Below are positions 30,102-40,224 of a stretch of 64,000 nt of DNA, in pieces (the first letter of the stretch is position 1; each line of letters opens with the position of its first letter). Location: contig CAWFQK010000004.1 of assembly GCA_963817955.1 (NCBI GenBank), forward strand, positions 1,568,001 through 1,632,000. The letters are read 5' to 3'. The DNA comes from an uncultured Gemmatimonadaceae bacterium (lineage in GTDB: Bacteria; Gemmatimonadota; Gemmatimonadetes; Gemmatimonadales; Gemmatimonadaceae). Both the position numbers and the translations under genes were made by a program. The notes beneath the pieces were generated by a model. That model did no database searches, was not told where the DNA came from, and saw nothing but the letters and a program-made list of their open reading frames with translations.

Positions 30102-30815
30102 CTATTTCGCCAAGCTCCTGACGTACGCGGCCACAGCGACCATCTGCTCGTGTGTCAACTTGTCCTTGAAGGACGTCATGTCTGCGTTCTTTCCTTTCGT
30201 CAGTATGGTGACCACAGAATCCGCCGAGTGCGTGGCATCGAACGCCGCGTCGAAGGTGGCGATCTTCGGATACTTCGCTTGCATCGTCTTGGGCGGAACG
30301 CCGCGAACGCCATGGCATTTGCGGCAGTTCTCTTCGTAGGCGGCCTTGCCCAGCGAATCTGTCAGGTTGCTGGCGACGGCGCTCTTGGCGACCTCGGGCT
30401 TGGCGACCTCGGGCTTGGCGACCTCGGGCTTGGCGACCTCGGGCTTGGCCGGTGGAGCAACCGCGACAGGAGCGGCTGCGGGAGCAGGAACGGCCGGCGG
30501 GGGCGCCGGCGCGGCGACTGGCTTGGCGCCCGGTTGCGGCGGCGCAGGACGAGCAGGCGTAGCGCTGGCTGGAGCTATCGCAGCCGGCGCCTTGGTCGAA
30601 GGCGTCGCGACTGGTGTCGGGGTCGATGTCTTTGTTGTCGCAGACGTGGCAGGTGTCGCCGACGTCGTCGACGCCGGGGTTGCGTTGACGGCCGAATCGA
30701 CGATTGCCGGAGCATTCGCGGCCACCGCCGCGGTATCTGCTGACGAACGGTCAGCCTTCGTGCAGGCAACGACACCGAAGAGTGCCGTCACGACTAACAG
30801 ATTCGTAGTTCTCAT
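30102..30815 (-). CDS. Lipoprotein cytochrome c with long Pro/Ala/Thr linker
   Basis: Lipobox VVAC; low-complexity linker with KPEVA x4; CRKCH; distal Met in DMTSF. Confidence 0.85.
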   Translation of the reverse strand: MRTTNLLVVTALFGVVACTKADRSSADTAAVAANAPAIVDSAVNATPASTTSATPATSATTKTSTPTPVATPSTKAPAAIAPASATPARPAPPQPGAKPVAAPAPPPAVPAPAAAPVAVAPPAKPEVAKPEVAKPEVAKPEVAKSAVASNLTDSLGKAAYEENCRKCHGVRGVPPKTMQAKYPKIATFDAAFDATHSADSVVTILTKGKNADMTSFKDKLTHEQMVAVAAYVRSLAK

Positions 30816-31000
30816 AAGGGAGCCAAGGGATGGAATCGCCATGCGGGAACCTTGAATTCCGAATGTGTATTCTCCGCAAAGAAAACGCAACACCTCAGGG
30901 CGCGACTCATGCATGGGGGTCTTCTCTGAAAGAGTACGCAGCGGCATGCCGGTCGGCATGCTCTCTCGTACTACGTACATCCTCGACTCTCGAAGAACGT

Positions 31001-32824
31001 ATGTCTCTATCGATTCGGCACCGCACCGTCGTTGGGGTCGCCTTCAGCGTGATCGCGATCGCTGTAAACGGTTGCGCAAATGGGAGTGAGCCGACCACCG
31101 GGCCCACGACATCCACAGGCCCCTCGTTCTCGTCTACTCCATGCTCTGTAGCGGGAACTTTGCAGTTGTCGTCCGCCCAGGCCGCGCGGGTGGACTGCAC
31201 GAATGGCGGCAACGCGTTGACGCTGGCCGGTGGCGGAGCCAGCTATATCGTGGTGCCGCAGTTCGCCGTGAGCCAGGTTCCGATGACATTCGTTCCGTTC
31301 CGCCTCAACGTCGGGGTGGGGGCCGCCGCGTCGCTCGTGCCGGTCTCGACGTCGCCGGTTGCATATTCCCTGAACCCATCGATGGCGTTCGCGGCCGTAT
31401 CGCGACGATTCGTGCCGTCGCAGCAACCCGGAACCAACCAGCGCTCGTTCGATCGCATGCTTCGCGCACGCGCGAGTACCAAAGTCCGCGCCGGTATATG
31501 GCGGAGCCCGATTGCAGCTCCAGGAATGGCCGCCTCGCGAATGGTTATCCGGGCAGACATCGCGCCGCCGCCAGTCGGCAGCGTTCGACGGTTCCGCGTG
31601 CTTGCCGATGTGTCGGGATCGAACTTCACCAACGTTGACGCTCGACTCGCGTTCGCCGGCAACAGTGTTCTTATCTATATGGATACGCTGGCCCCGGCAA
31701 ATGGCTTCAACGCGTCGCAACTGCAGGCGTTCGGCGTCCTGTTCGATCAGACCTTGTATCCCATCGATACCGTGGCATTCGGACCTCCCTCTGACATTGA
31801 TCAGAACGGGCGCGTGATCATGTTGATGACGCCGCGCGTGAACGCGCTGACGCCAGCGGCACAATGCCAGACGAACGGATTCGTGGCGGGCTTCTTCAAC
31901 GAGGAAGACCTGGGGGGTGGGGCCAATGATCCCAATTCCAACAACGGGGAAGTCTTCTACTCCATGGTTCCCGACCCGAGCGGCGTCGCGAGTTGCGCGC
32001 ATAATGTCACTGACGTCGGGTTCGACGTGCCGTCGACATTCCTGCACGAACTCCAGCACCTGATCTCCTTCTCGCAGCACGTCGTGATTCACAACGGCAA
32101 CCCCGAATTCGGATGGCTGGACGAGGGGTTGAGCATCATCGCCGAGGAGCTCGGTTCCGTCTATTACGAGCAGAAATGTCCAGGGACGGCGTGTCGCACG
32201 GATCCCACACAGATCTTTCCTGATTCGTCGCAGGGGTTCGTCACCGACTTCCTCTTCGACTCGTACGAGTACGCCCTGGAACCGGATACCGCGAGCGTGA
32301 CGCTGCAGGACGACTCGGCCGACGGCTTTTCCTGGCGCGGGGGCGACTGGCTGCTGACGCGCTGGCTGGGCGACCAGATGGGCAACGCAGTATATAAGAA
32401 ACTTGATCAAAACTCTGTGACCGGCGTCGCCAACATCGAATCCGTCACGGGCCAGCCGTTCCCGGCACTCTTTGCCAATTTTGGCCTCGCGCTCTACACG
32501 GACAGTCTGCCCGGCCTTCCCCGGTCCACCGCTCCGGCGGCAAACCGGTTCCTCACACGAAACGTGCGCCAGTTATGGGCGCGCCTGTACTCCACGTCGG
32601 GTGGGTACGGCGGATTCCCATTCGCATTCCCGCTGCCCGTTCACGTTCTGGGAACGGACACGACGACCGTCACGATGTTTCCGGGAACGAGCTCGTACTA
32701 CCGACTGAACACCGCCACGAGTGCGGCTACGGTCACCATTCAATTCTCGGCGCCAGGCGGCGTACCCCTGTCGGCTGCTCTGAAGCCGCAGCTCGCGGTC
32801 TTTCGATTGCCGCCGGGGGCGTGA
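31001..32824 (+). CDS. Lipoprotein zinc metallopeptidase (HExxH, M30/hyicolysin-like)
   Basis: Lipobox VNGC; DIDQNGRV, GFF, SNNGEVFY, FLHELQHLI, WLDEGLS. Confidence 0.75.
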   Translation: MSLSIRHRTVVGVAFSVIAIAVNGCANGSEPTTGPTTSTGPSFSSTPCSVAGTLQLSSAQAARVDCTNGGNALTLAGGGASYIVVPQFAVSQVPMTFVPFRLNVGVGAAASLVPVSTSPVAYSLNPSMAFAAVSRRFVPSQQPGTNQRSFDRMLRARASTKVRAGIWRSPIAAPGMAASRMVIRADIAPPPVGSVRRFRVLADVSGSNFTNVDARLAFAGNSVLIYMDTLAPANGFNASQLQAFGVLFDQTLYPIDTVAFGPPSDIDQNGRVIMLMTPRVNALTPAAQCQTNGFVAGFFNEEDLGGGANDPNSNNGEVFYSMVPDPSGVASCAHNVTDVGFDVPSTFLHELQHLISFSQHVVIHNGNPEFGWLDEGLSIIAEELGSVYYEQKCPGTACRTDPTQIFPDSSQGFVTDFLFDSYEYALEPDTASVTLQDDSADGFSWRGGDWLLTRWLGDQMGNAVYKKLDQNSVTGVANIESVTGQPFPALFANFGLALYTDSLPGLPRSTAPAANRFLTRNVRQLWARLYSTSGGYGGFPFAFPLPVHVLGTDTTTVTMFPGTSSYYRLNTATSAATVTIQFSAPGGVPLSAALKPQLAVFRLPPGA

Positions 32825-32908
32825 TGAGCGGCGGAGCGCCGAGGCGGGGAGACGGCTTGTCTTTCTACCGCATTGCGGGCGTCGGGGGCGGGGACGGGTG
32901 TTTCTTTT

Positions 32909-33198
32909 AACGCAGAGGTCGCAGAGAACTGCAAGAGAGCTGCAGAGAACTGCAGAATAAAAGGGAACTGCAAAAGGGAACTGTAAGCGTACAGAAGAGG
33001 GAAGCGCGTATTGATGGAATGAACCGTGATTGCCGAGTCCACAATCATTCCGCTTATATCGTTGATGATCCCGACCTGGGCGATACCATCGGACCGTCAA
33101 CGACGGCATCAGCCAAGCCCGCCAGGCGAGACAATCCTTCACGGTCCTCTGCAGTTCTCCTGCAGTTCTCCTGCAGTTCTCCTGCAGTTCTCCTGCAG
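32909..33198. repeat. Inverted pair of tandem arrays (GAGAACTGCAG-like / CTGCAGTTCTC x4) around a ~160-nt spacer
   Basis: Left arm GCAGAGAACTGCA variants at 32909-32985; right arm perfect 11-mers at 33149-33198. Confidence 0.8.
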
Positions 33199-33199
33199 T

Positions 33200-33329
33200 G
33201 GTCAGTATACGGGTCATGCGCACCAGGGCGCCTGGCTTGCAGGCCACTAACGCCGGTCGGCGAGGTTCGAGTTTCCAGTGGTGAGTTGTGCGTTGTGAGT
33301 TTCTCGTGTCCCGTGGGACACGGGACACT
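33200..33329 (-). repeat. Dispersed repeat copy F (variant core, as at 4778-4846)
   Basis: GTCAGTATACGGGTC..CACCAGGGCGCCTGGCT..GCCGGTCGGCGAGGTTCGAGTTTCCAG..GTTGTGAG. Confidence 0.85.
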
Positions 33330-33414
33330 CAGCGCAGGGCGATACGCGGGGGGCAGGGCAAGTTCGCCAGAGCGCCCGGGTCCTCCAGCCGCCACCCAAG
33401 GAGCGCCTGATGGC

Positions 33415-34989
33415 TCAAGCCCAAGTCCAACGCTCGCGAGCCAGCGCCGAGTCGCCCGCGCAGTTCGCCAGCCAGGCCACGCGCATCGCGGCGAGTGAGA
33501 AGGTCGTGTCGGCATGCGACGCTCGCTGATACTCCTCGATTGCCTCAGCCGCGCGGCCGGCTGCCACGAGCCGCTCACCGGATAGAAAGGCCCGATACGC
33601 GTTCAGCGACGCGGTGGGCGGCATCGACTCGCCGGCAGCGCCACGGCGGCCGTGCGCCTCCACATCGACAATCAGGTTGAGCGCGAGGGTATCGACAAGC
33701 GCAAAGAGGTCGTCCGCGCGTCCGCTCGCCATTGCGCTCGCCACGACGCTCGTGTCACGGTAGACGCGGGCATCCAGCTCGGTGCGTCGTCCGCTGCGCG
33801 TCAGGCTGGCGAGCACAAACCATCCAGCGCCTTCCGTGGCGGCGATCCGGCGCGCCTGCTCGAGATCCAGCCCGCGCTCGCCGCCCGCGTTACTTCGTGA
33901 AATGGCCACCGACGATCCGACCACGCCGTCGAGGCGCGTGGCGAGCAGATCACCTAATCCGCGCGACAATCTCGCGGGAACGGAGTCGCCATAGATTGCG
34001 AACGGAAGAATCGACACCGACGTCCCGCGAGCCACAGCCGCCGGCAGCGACCGCATCGAAAGCAGCATGTTCGCTCCGAGGACAGCGGCGCCGCACGCGG
34101 CGAGTCCGAGGACCGACAATGCGGCGAGCTTTGCACGACCGGCAACGGCATCGCGGTAGAAGTTGCGCACCCGGCGCTGCAATGCTGTGAGGGCGCCGGA
34201 CGAATCGGCAGGCGCCGTCACCCTCGCCGCTCCGTCGGCTATCGAGGCCGGCGCCACGACGGGGACTGCTGCCACCTCGGCGTGCCGAATGGCGTGCGAC
34301 AGCTCGAGCAACTCGGCGTGTGCAGGTTGGCCGAGTTGCTCCTCGGCGTACAGCCGAAAATCTTCGAATACGCGGAGCGCCTCTTCCTTTGCACCAAGTT
34401 CCGCGAGCGCCGTCATCGCGCGCCGCACATTAGACGGATCAGCGGGACGGAACTCGAGGGCTCTCCGGGCCGCGGCCATTGCCGCGTTCATGTCACCATG
34501 CATACGCATGGTGACTTCCAATCTCCAGGCAGCAGCGACCGCGATGTCGCGCAATTGGCGTTGACGCGTGTCGAGCCATTGCTCGAGCTCCGCTGAGCCC
34601 GACAATCGCACACCCTCCAGGAAATCACCGGAATACAGCGCGAGCGCGTCCTCATCTCGGCTATCCCGCGACGCGCTCTCGAGCTCCGACACATCGCACC
34701 ATGCTTCGCTCGGCGACAACCCGATCTCGTCCGCGCCGCCACCCACGATCGCGCCGGCGCCGAGCGAGCGCCGCAGCACGTACACGGTATGCCGGAGCGC
34801 GCGCCGCGCCTCGGGCTCTGCATGCTCTGGCCAGAAGAGAGGCAGCAGCGTGTCACGGCGGTGCATGCCGATCGGTTTCGCCGCGGCGATATACGCCAAC
34901 ACTGCGATGCGCTTTGCGCCGACCAGCGGAACCGGCCGCCCATCTTCGGTCGTGGCCGAGAAGCCGCCCAGCAATCGCAACCGAATCAC
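33415..34989 (-). CDS. SARP/BTAD-type transcriptional regulator with TM helix and TolB-like domain (short C-terminus)
   Basis: RLRLLGGF, RRDTLLPLFWPE, ARRALRHTVYVLR, LYSGDFLEG, TM segment, SILPF; GTGA coupling to upstream gene. Confidence 0.8.
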   Translation of the reverse strand: MIRLRLLGGFSATTEDGRPVPLVGAKRIAVLAYIAAAKPIGMHRRDTLLPLFWPEHAEPEARRALRHTVYVLRRSLGAGAIVGGGADEIGLSPSEAWCDVSELESASRDSRDEDALALYSGDFLEGVRLSGSAELEQWLDTRQRQLRDIAVAAAWRLEVTMRMHGDMNAAMAAARRALEFRPADPSNVRRAMTALAELGAKEEALRVFEDFRLYAEEQLGQPAHAELLELSHAIRHAEVAAVPVVAPASIADGAARVTAPADSSGALTALQRRVRNFYRDAVAGRAKLAALSVLGLAACGAAVLGANMLLSMRSLPAAVARGTSVSILPFAIYGDSVPARLSRGLGDLLATRLDGVVGSSVAISRSNAGGERGLDLEQARRIAATEGAGWFVLASLTRSGRRTELDARVYRDTSVVASAMASGRADDLFALVDTLALNLIVDVEAHGRRGAAGESMPPTASLNAYRAFLSGERLVAAGRAAEAIEEYQRASHADTTFSLAAMRVAWLANCAGDSALARERWTWA

Positions 34990-37697
34990 GGGCGACGCCT
35001 GGTGAGCCGCGCGAGATTGGCCGCCACATCGCGGACGATCGGCTGCATGAAGGCGTCGGCGTCACGCCAGCGCGTGAGCACCTCGCGGTACTCGGCGACC
35101 GCACTGGCCGTATCGCTGCTTGCCTCAGCGATGTGCGCGAGCGCCAGCGCCGCCGGTGCATAATAGATCCCGGCGTATCCCGGGTCTTCGGGCACGGCAC
35201 GCAGAAATCGTTCGGCGCGCCCGGGATCGCGGCTCGCCAACAGCAACCCGTGCAGATACCGTTCTCCAACCGCCGTGTAGGTCTCTACGGTGACAGTGGC
35301 TGCCTGGGTGGCCTGCGGAATGTGGGAGTCGTAGAGTGCCACGGCCGCAGCCGTGTCGCCGAGCGACAGCGCGATACGTGCGCGAAGCTGCGCGGAGAAG
35401 AGGCGCGCCACTTCGCGAATCGGTGGCGCGCCGCCCGCCGAGCGCAGCGAAGAATCGTCGGCCGCCGAAGCGTCCAACGCGTGGATCCGGGTCTGTACCG
35501 CCGCGACGTCGCCCCTGCGGGCGGCGAGCGCGCCGAGCACGTATTCGCGTCGTACATCGCGCAAATAGTCGCGGTTGCTCAGGAGCAGCACATCACCCTC
35601 GTGCGCGATCGAGTGCACGGGCGCGTGAAGCAGCGCCTCCTCCGCACGGCGGAGGAGTTCCGGTGAACCTGGCGCATAGGGCGACATGAGCAGCGACGCC
35701 CAGACCTGCGCCGCAAGTTGCTGGTCATAACCACCCATTTCTATCTCGCGCTCCGCCTCCGTCCAGCGACCCATGGCCGCCAGCAGATGCGCCGCGAGAA
35801 GATGCGATAGGCAGCGGACCGCGGGGCCCTGCGCAGGGTCGTCGAGTACGCGTGCAATCACGAGCGCTACAGCCGGCGAGCGGCCGTGCATCGCCACCCG
35901 CCAGCCAGCCATCTCCACACCGGCCGCGTTGCCGCTACGACTGGTCCGTCGTGCAGCCACCCGCAATCCCGCCGTGTCCGCCGATGTTCCCAGCGCAATT
36001 CGCAGCCCGAGAAGCTCGACCACTCGGTCCGCGGGTGGGTCGAGTGCCAGAGTCCCGGCGACGAGCGAGTCGAGGTCGCGCGCCCGACCCTGGAAGGCCG
36101 CAATGCGCGCGAGGTGCAGCCAGCCCACCGGATTGATTGGATCCAGGCGTACCACGCGCTCAAAGATCTGGCGCGATTCGGTGTACGGGCGGTTCATCCA
36201 TGGTCCGCGATGGAAATAGACCTCGCCCAGCTCCGCCCATCCGTCCACGTCCTCTGGGTAGTCGGCGACCACCCGCAAGAGACGCTGCTCCGCCTCTGAC
36301 GCGGACCGCAGTCGCAACGCCATACCCGCGAGCACGAGTTCCCGATAATGCGCCGGCAGGCGGTCGAGCCCGCGCTGTACTTCTTCGTCGATATGTTCGG
36401 TGGCGGCGAGCGTGATGCCGCTCCAGTCGAGGGCAACACTCAGCCTATACCAGGCAAGAGCAAAAGTGCTGTCGATCTGGGTGGCGCGTCGGAAACCGTC
36501 TACGGCATCGTCGAATGCTCCGCGGCGGAACGCCTGCTCAGCGCCGAGGTATGCGCGCAGGGCCGGAAAGGAGGATGTGGTCATTGCTGCGATCCGGCCA
36601 ATCTCCGACGAGCCTCTGGTCAGCTCCGGTGGAACCAGCCGCCTCGCGAGGTCATCCACCGCCGATAGCACGCTGTCCTGGCGCACCGCCACGGCGCTTG
36701 CAGCGCCCGCCACGCGGCCCTGCGCTGCGTAAAGAGTGGCGCGGAATTCGAGCCGGCCGTTGTCGGCGACGATGCTGCCGGCAATGAACTGATCGGCTCC
36801 GATCTCGCGTGCCAGCCGCGAGCCCACGTCTACCGACGTCGGGCCGCCGTGCGTGTTCGCCAGGTTGACCGACGTAAACGGATCGACAGTGCGCACGCCG
36901 GCCACCCCGTCGAGACGCGTCGCGAGCAGATCGACTATGCCGTCGGCGAGAAAGGACAGCCCCGGGTCGCCGACGAACTCGAACGGCAGTACGAGAACCC
37001 GGTGCCGAGTCTCCGCCGCGGCGACTGTCGCCACCCCCGGCTTGCGCGGCGCGCCGCTGGCGAGGCCTCCAACGAGCACGAGCGCGGACACGACCAGGGG
37101 GCGAAAGCGGCGATGCTTCGGCCGAAAGTGCGGCGCTGGCGGTGCCTGGGGACGCGCCGGCGATTCCGATTGCTCCGCTCCGTCGGCCCGAGCCGCCCGC
37201 GCGGCCAACCGCTGCAGCTCACCACGAATGCGCCGACGCTGCGTCTCGACCCAAAGTTCCCACGCACGGCCGTCGTCCACGACCACACCGTCGAGCAGAT
37301 CACCGCGGCGGTACAGGTAGACCGCGTCCTCAGCTGACCCGCGCTCGACGGCGTGTTCGAACTCCCACAGATCCACGCTGGGAAGCGGTTCCGCCAACCG
37401 AACTACGCCGCCTTCCTCGTCGATTCCAAGCGAGCAGGCGCGCAACGCTTGCAGTACAGAATCCAGCCGGCGATCGGCTGCCGTGGCGTCGAGATCGGGC
37501 CAGAGCAGGTCACAGAGCTGGCCACGCGCCATGCCGGTTGGGCAAACGGCGAGCGCGCCCACCACGGCAAGCCGGCGAGGGAACGCCGTCAGCTCGTGAA
37601 CCGCGCGGCCATCGGATCTCCGAACGTCAGGGAGGCCGAAGAGGTGCACCCGAACAGAATCGGGCGGTGCGTTGCCTTGTGGGGCCCTGCTCGGCAT
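34986..37697 (-). CDS. SARP/BTAD-like transmembrane regulator with TolB-like and TPR domains
   Basis: RVHLFG, LLWPD, VDLWEFE, TM, VLVLPF, multiple TPRs, C-terminal WRDAD..MQP.V. Confidence 0.8.
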   Translation of the reverse strand: MPSRAPQGNAPPDSVRVHLFGLPDVRRSDGRAVHELTAFPRRLAVVGALAVCPTGMARGQLCDLLWPDLDATAADRRLDSVLQALRACSLGIDEEGGVVRLAEPLPSVDLWEFEHAVERGSAEDAVYLYRRGDLLDGVVVDDGRAWELWVETQRRRIRGELQRLAARAARADGAEQSESPARPQAPPAPHFRPKHRRFRPLVVSALVLVGGLASGAPRKPGVATVAAAETRHRVLVLPFEFVGDPGLSFLADGIVDLLATRLDGVAGVRTVDPFTSVNLANTHGGPTSVDVGSRLAREIGADQFIAGSIVADNGRLEFRATLYAAQGRVAGAASAVAVRQDSVLSAVDDLARRLVPPELTRGSSEIGRIAAMTTSSFPALRAYLGAEQAFRRGAFDDAVDGFRRATQIDSTFALAWYRLSVALDWSGITLAATEHIDEEVQRGLDRLPAHYRELVLAGMALRLRSASEAEQRLLRVVADYPEDVDGWAELGEVYFHRGPWMNRPYTESRQIFERVVRLDPINPVGWLHLARIAAFQGRARDLDSLVAGTLALDPPADRVVELLGLRIALGTSADTAGLRVAARRTSRSGNAAGVEMAGWRVAMHGRSPAVALVIARVLDDPAQGPAVRCLSHLLAAHLLAAMGRWTEAEREIEMGGYDQQLAAQVWASLLMSPYAPGSPELLRRAEEALLHAPVHSIAHEGDVLLLSNRDYLRDVRREYVLGALAARRGDVAAVQTRIHALDASAADDSSLRSAGGAPPIREVARLFSAQLRARIALSLGDTAAAVALYDSHIPQATQAATVTVETYTAVGERYLHGLLLASRDPGRAERFLRAVPEDPGYAGIYYAPAALALAHIAEASSDTASAVAEYREVLTRWRDADAFMQPIVRDVAANLARLTRRRP

Positions 37698-37900
37698 CGA
37701 GATGGCGGAAAGGTCGTAGAGCGAGCCCGCGAACACCGAAATCGGGCGAACAAACGGGCAGCAAACGGCCCGCAATTAGGGTTGCAAACGTACCGCTCGG
37801 CAGCCACGACTGTCAAAGGTGGCCTACCCCCCCACGCCGCGGCACCGCAAGCGGACCGTTTGCTCGAACACCACACACACCTTTCTACCCCTCCGCGACG

Positions 37901-39259
37901 ATGCAGAACCGCCTCAGATACTTCCTCGCTCTCGCCGTCGGCATGGTCGCCCTGCCCGGCTCGATTGCTCAGGCCCAGACGCCCAAGACCGTGGCATTGA
38001 TCGAGGTCTATGGGGATCCACAAATCCACACTAGGCTGACGGGCGGAATCAGCAGCCAACCGGTGCTCGATTACGCGGAGCACGCCGCCGTAGAGGCGCT
38101 CGGCAAGAAAGGCATGCGCGTGCTGCCGCTGGCCGCCACCGCTGCGAGCGTCGCCGCCGTCTGGGACGATGCCTACCTCGCCGCCATGGAGCCGGCGCAG
38201 AAGCAAGAGATGCTTAAGAGTGGCCAGAGCTACAAGGATCTCGTTTCCGTGTACCGGCGGTACGACAAGATGGCGCATAGCTCCCTCACCTTTATGGCGA
38301 AGGACTACAACCGAGTCACGGCTGGACAGGGTGCCCTTCATTTCGATTTCGAGAACGCTGCTTACGGCAATTACTCGGACCCGAACGTCGCCAAGCGAGG
38401 CGATTTGACACGCGACTCGGTGTTTACCAACACCGTGGCGTTCCGGCGCGCACTTGGCGAGATAGCCAAGAAGGCTGGCGCGGACGCGTATATGCTGGTT
38501 CGCGTGCTGCCCCATTCGCAGAACCTGGAAAAGAGCTGGGAGGACAAGAATCACCCATTCTGGTCGCGTTCGGGCACCGTGAAGTCGGGCAACTTTTGGA
38601 TGGCCCGCGTGGACGTCGTCCTGAATTCCGTGACGGGCGATCAGCTCTACAAGGACTTCGCGCTCGCCATCGGGGACAAGTCCATTCCGTTCATGCAGAT
38701 GATGAAGATGAGCTACGACTCGGCGAGCGCGGTGGAAGGTGTCGAGCAGGGGTTCGCCATCGCCTTCAGCAAAGCCATGGAGCGGCTACCCGCGGCGGGC
38801 GATGCAGTCGTGGCCGACGCCAGCGTCTTCGCGCCGCCAACCGATGAGTCAAAGGCCGTGCTCAGTTCAATGGCGCCGAAGGCAGTCGCCTCGACCAAAG
38901 CCATCACCCCACAGGACCTCATAGGCAACTGGGAGCTGACCGAGGTGAACAACGCGCCGATTCCCTTTAACAAGCCAGACGGGGGGGTGATCGTAGGCGC
39001 AAACTACGAGTTCACCGCCACTGAGTTCCAATCGCATTGGCACCACATGATCCAGGAGAGGGGACAGGCCAAGGCGAAGGACTCGGATCTCAAAGGCAAG
39101 ATCAAGATCGACGGGTCCGTGGTGACCACCGAGGTGGACGGCTTCATGGCCAAGATCGTGGCGAAGTTCACCGGCAACCCGCCCTTCGAAATTCAGGAAG
39201 ACGGGAAGACCGCCAAGACGAACTATGAGAACCTGACCTTCACCTGGACGAAGAAATAG
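37901..39259 (+). CDS. Secreted hypothetical protein, C-terminal lipocalin-like domain
   Basis: Signal peptide ..IAQA; LIGNWELTEVN; clear coding-like codon pattern. Confidence 0.75.
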   Translation: MQNRLRYFLALAVGMVALPGSIAQAQTPKTVALIEVYGDPQIHTRLTGGISSQPVLDYAEHAAVEALGKKGMRVLPLAATAASVAAVWDDAYLAAMEPAQKQEMLKSGQSYKDLVSVYRRYDKMAHSSLTFMAKDYNRVTAGQGALHFDFENAAYGNYSDPNVAKRGDLTRDSVFTNTVAFRRALGEIAKKAGADAYMLVRVLPHSQNLEKSWEDKNHPFWSRSGTVKSGNFWMARVDVVLNSVTGDQLYKDFALAIGDKSIPFMQMMKMSYDSASAVEGVEQGFAIAFSKAMERLPAAGDAVVADASVFAPPTDESKAVLSSMAPKAVASTKAITPQDLIGNWELTEVNNAPIPFNKPDGGVIVGANYEFTATEFQSHWHHMIQERGQAKAKDSDLKGKIKIDGSVVTTEVDGFMAKIVAKFTGNPPFEIQEDGKTAKTNYENLTFTWTKK

Positions 39260-40195
39260 ATGACCGTCTCTGCATTGCGAGCCTGGATGGTGCTGGGCCT
39301 GGTCGCCGCGCCCGCGGTGCTGGCCGCCCAGCAAGGCTACGACCCAACAAAGGACGCGGTCGTGATCAACGCCGAGTCACCAGCGACGCTCACCGCCGCG
39401 ATCATCCAGGCCGCAGAGGTTGCCGGCACGCCGAAGAAGCCGGTGTTCCACATCGGCAGCTATCGTTCGGACTCCGGTTTTGTCCGTATGTACGAGGAGC
39501 ATTTGCTGGTCGACACGCTCGAGCGCGGATATGACTACGCATATTGCTCGACCAGCTACCAGGCGGGGTTCAACCGCGCGTGCTCGGAGGTCACCGTCGA
39601 GCATCACCTCGCCAAGGTCGACGACCGCGGAATGGTGACGACCTGGCGAATGGTGCGCTTTACTCAGGACAAGCCGGGCGAGTTTCGCGTGACGTTCGAG
39701 CGATTCGAGCCCACCTCCAACGGCTACGCGCGCGCCGTGACTAACGAGCGTGATCTCTTCTTCGACGCGACGCGCGCGTCGCTCAAGAAGCAGGGGCGCT
39801 CGTACGGCGCCGGAAGTTTTGGACCAAGCGGGGTGGATGCGAAAGGACTGGGCGAGTCGGAGAAGCGCGCCGCCGCCGCCAGCGATGGGCCCACGGGCGT
39901 CTATCAGTTGGTGACCGTGAACGATCAACCGCTGCCGTTCCCGATGGTGCCGTTCGGATCGATTGCGAAGGGCGAGTACGTGCTCGAGGGCGACGGCAGC
40001 TTCCACTCACTGATCTCGTCCAACATCGCCGCGTTCGATAGCAAGGGAAAATACAGCATCACTAATGGGATGGTGACCTTCAGCGGCGGCAAGGCGATGG
40101 ACGGGCGCCCCGGGCTCATCGTCGGCCGGATCGCGCACGACACGCTCACCTACTCGATGAGCGGGCAGCGTATGCGCTTCGTGAAGCAGCAGTGA
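39260..40195 (+). CDS. Secreted hypothetical protein, C-terminal lipocalin-like domain
   Basis: Signal peptide; TGVYQLVTVNDQPLP...DSKGKYSI; abuts upstream gene. Confidence 0.75.
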   Translation: MTVSALRAWMVLGLVAAPAVLAAQQGYDPTKDAVVINAESPATLTAAIIQAAEVAGTPKKPVFHIGSYRSDSGFVRMYEEHLLVDTLERGYDYAYCSTSYQAGFNRACSEVTVEHHLAKVDDRGMVTTWRMVRFTQDKPGEFRVTFERFEPTSNGYARAVTNERDLFFDATRASLKKQGRSYGAGSFGPSGVDAKGLGESEKRAAAASDGPTGVYQLVTVNDQPLPFPMVPFGSIAKGEYVLEGDGSFHSLISSNIAAFDSKGKYSITNGMVTFSGGKAMDGRPGLIVGRIAHDTLTYSMSGQRMRFVKQQ

Positions 40196-40224
40196 CACTC
40201 AGACTCTGGGGTCACCGAATGATC

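Noticed and set aside
31007..32410. 467-aa - strand ORF
   Set aside because: Antisense shadow of the metallopeptidase
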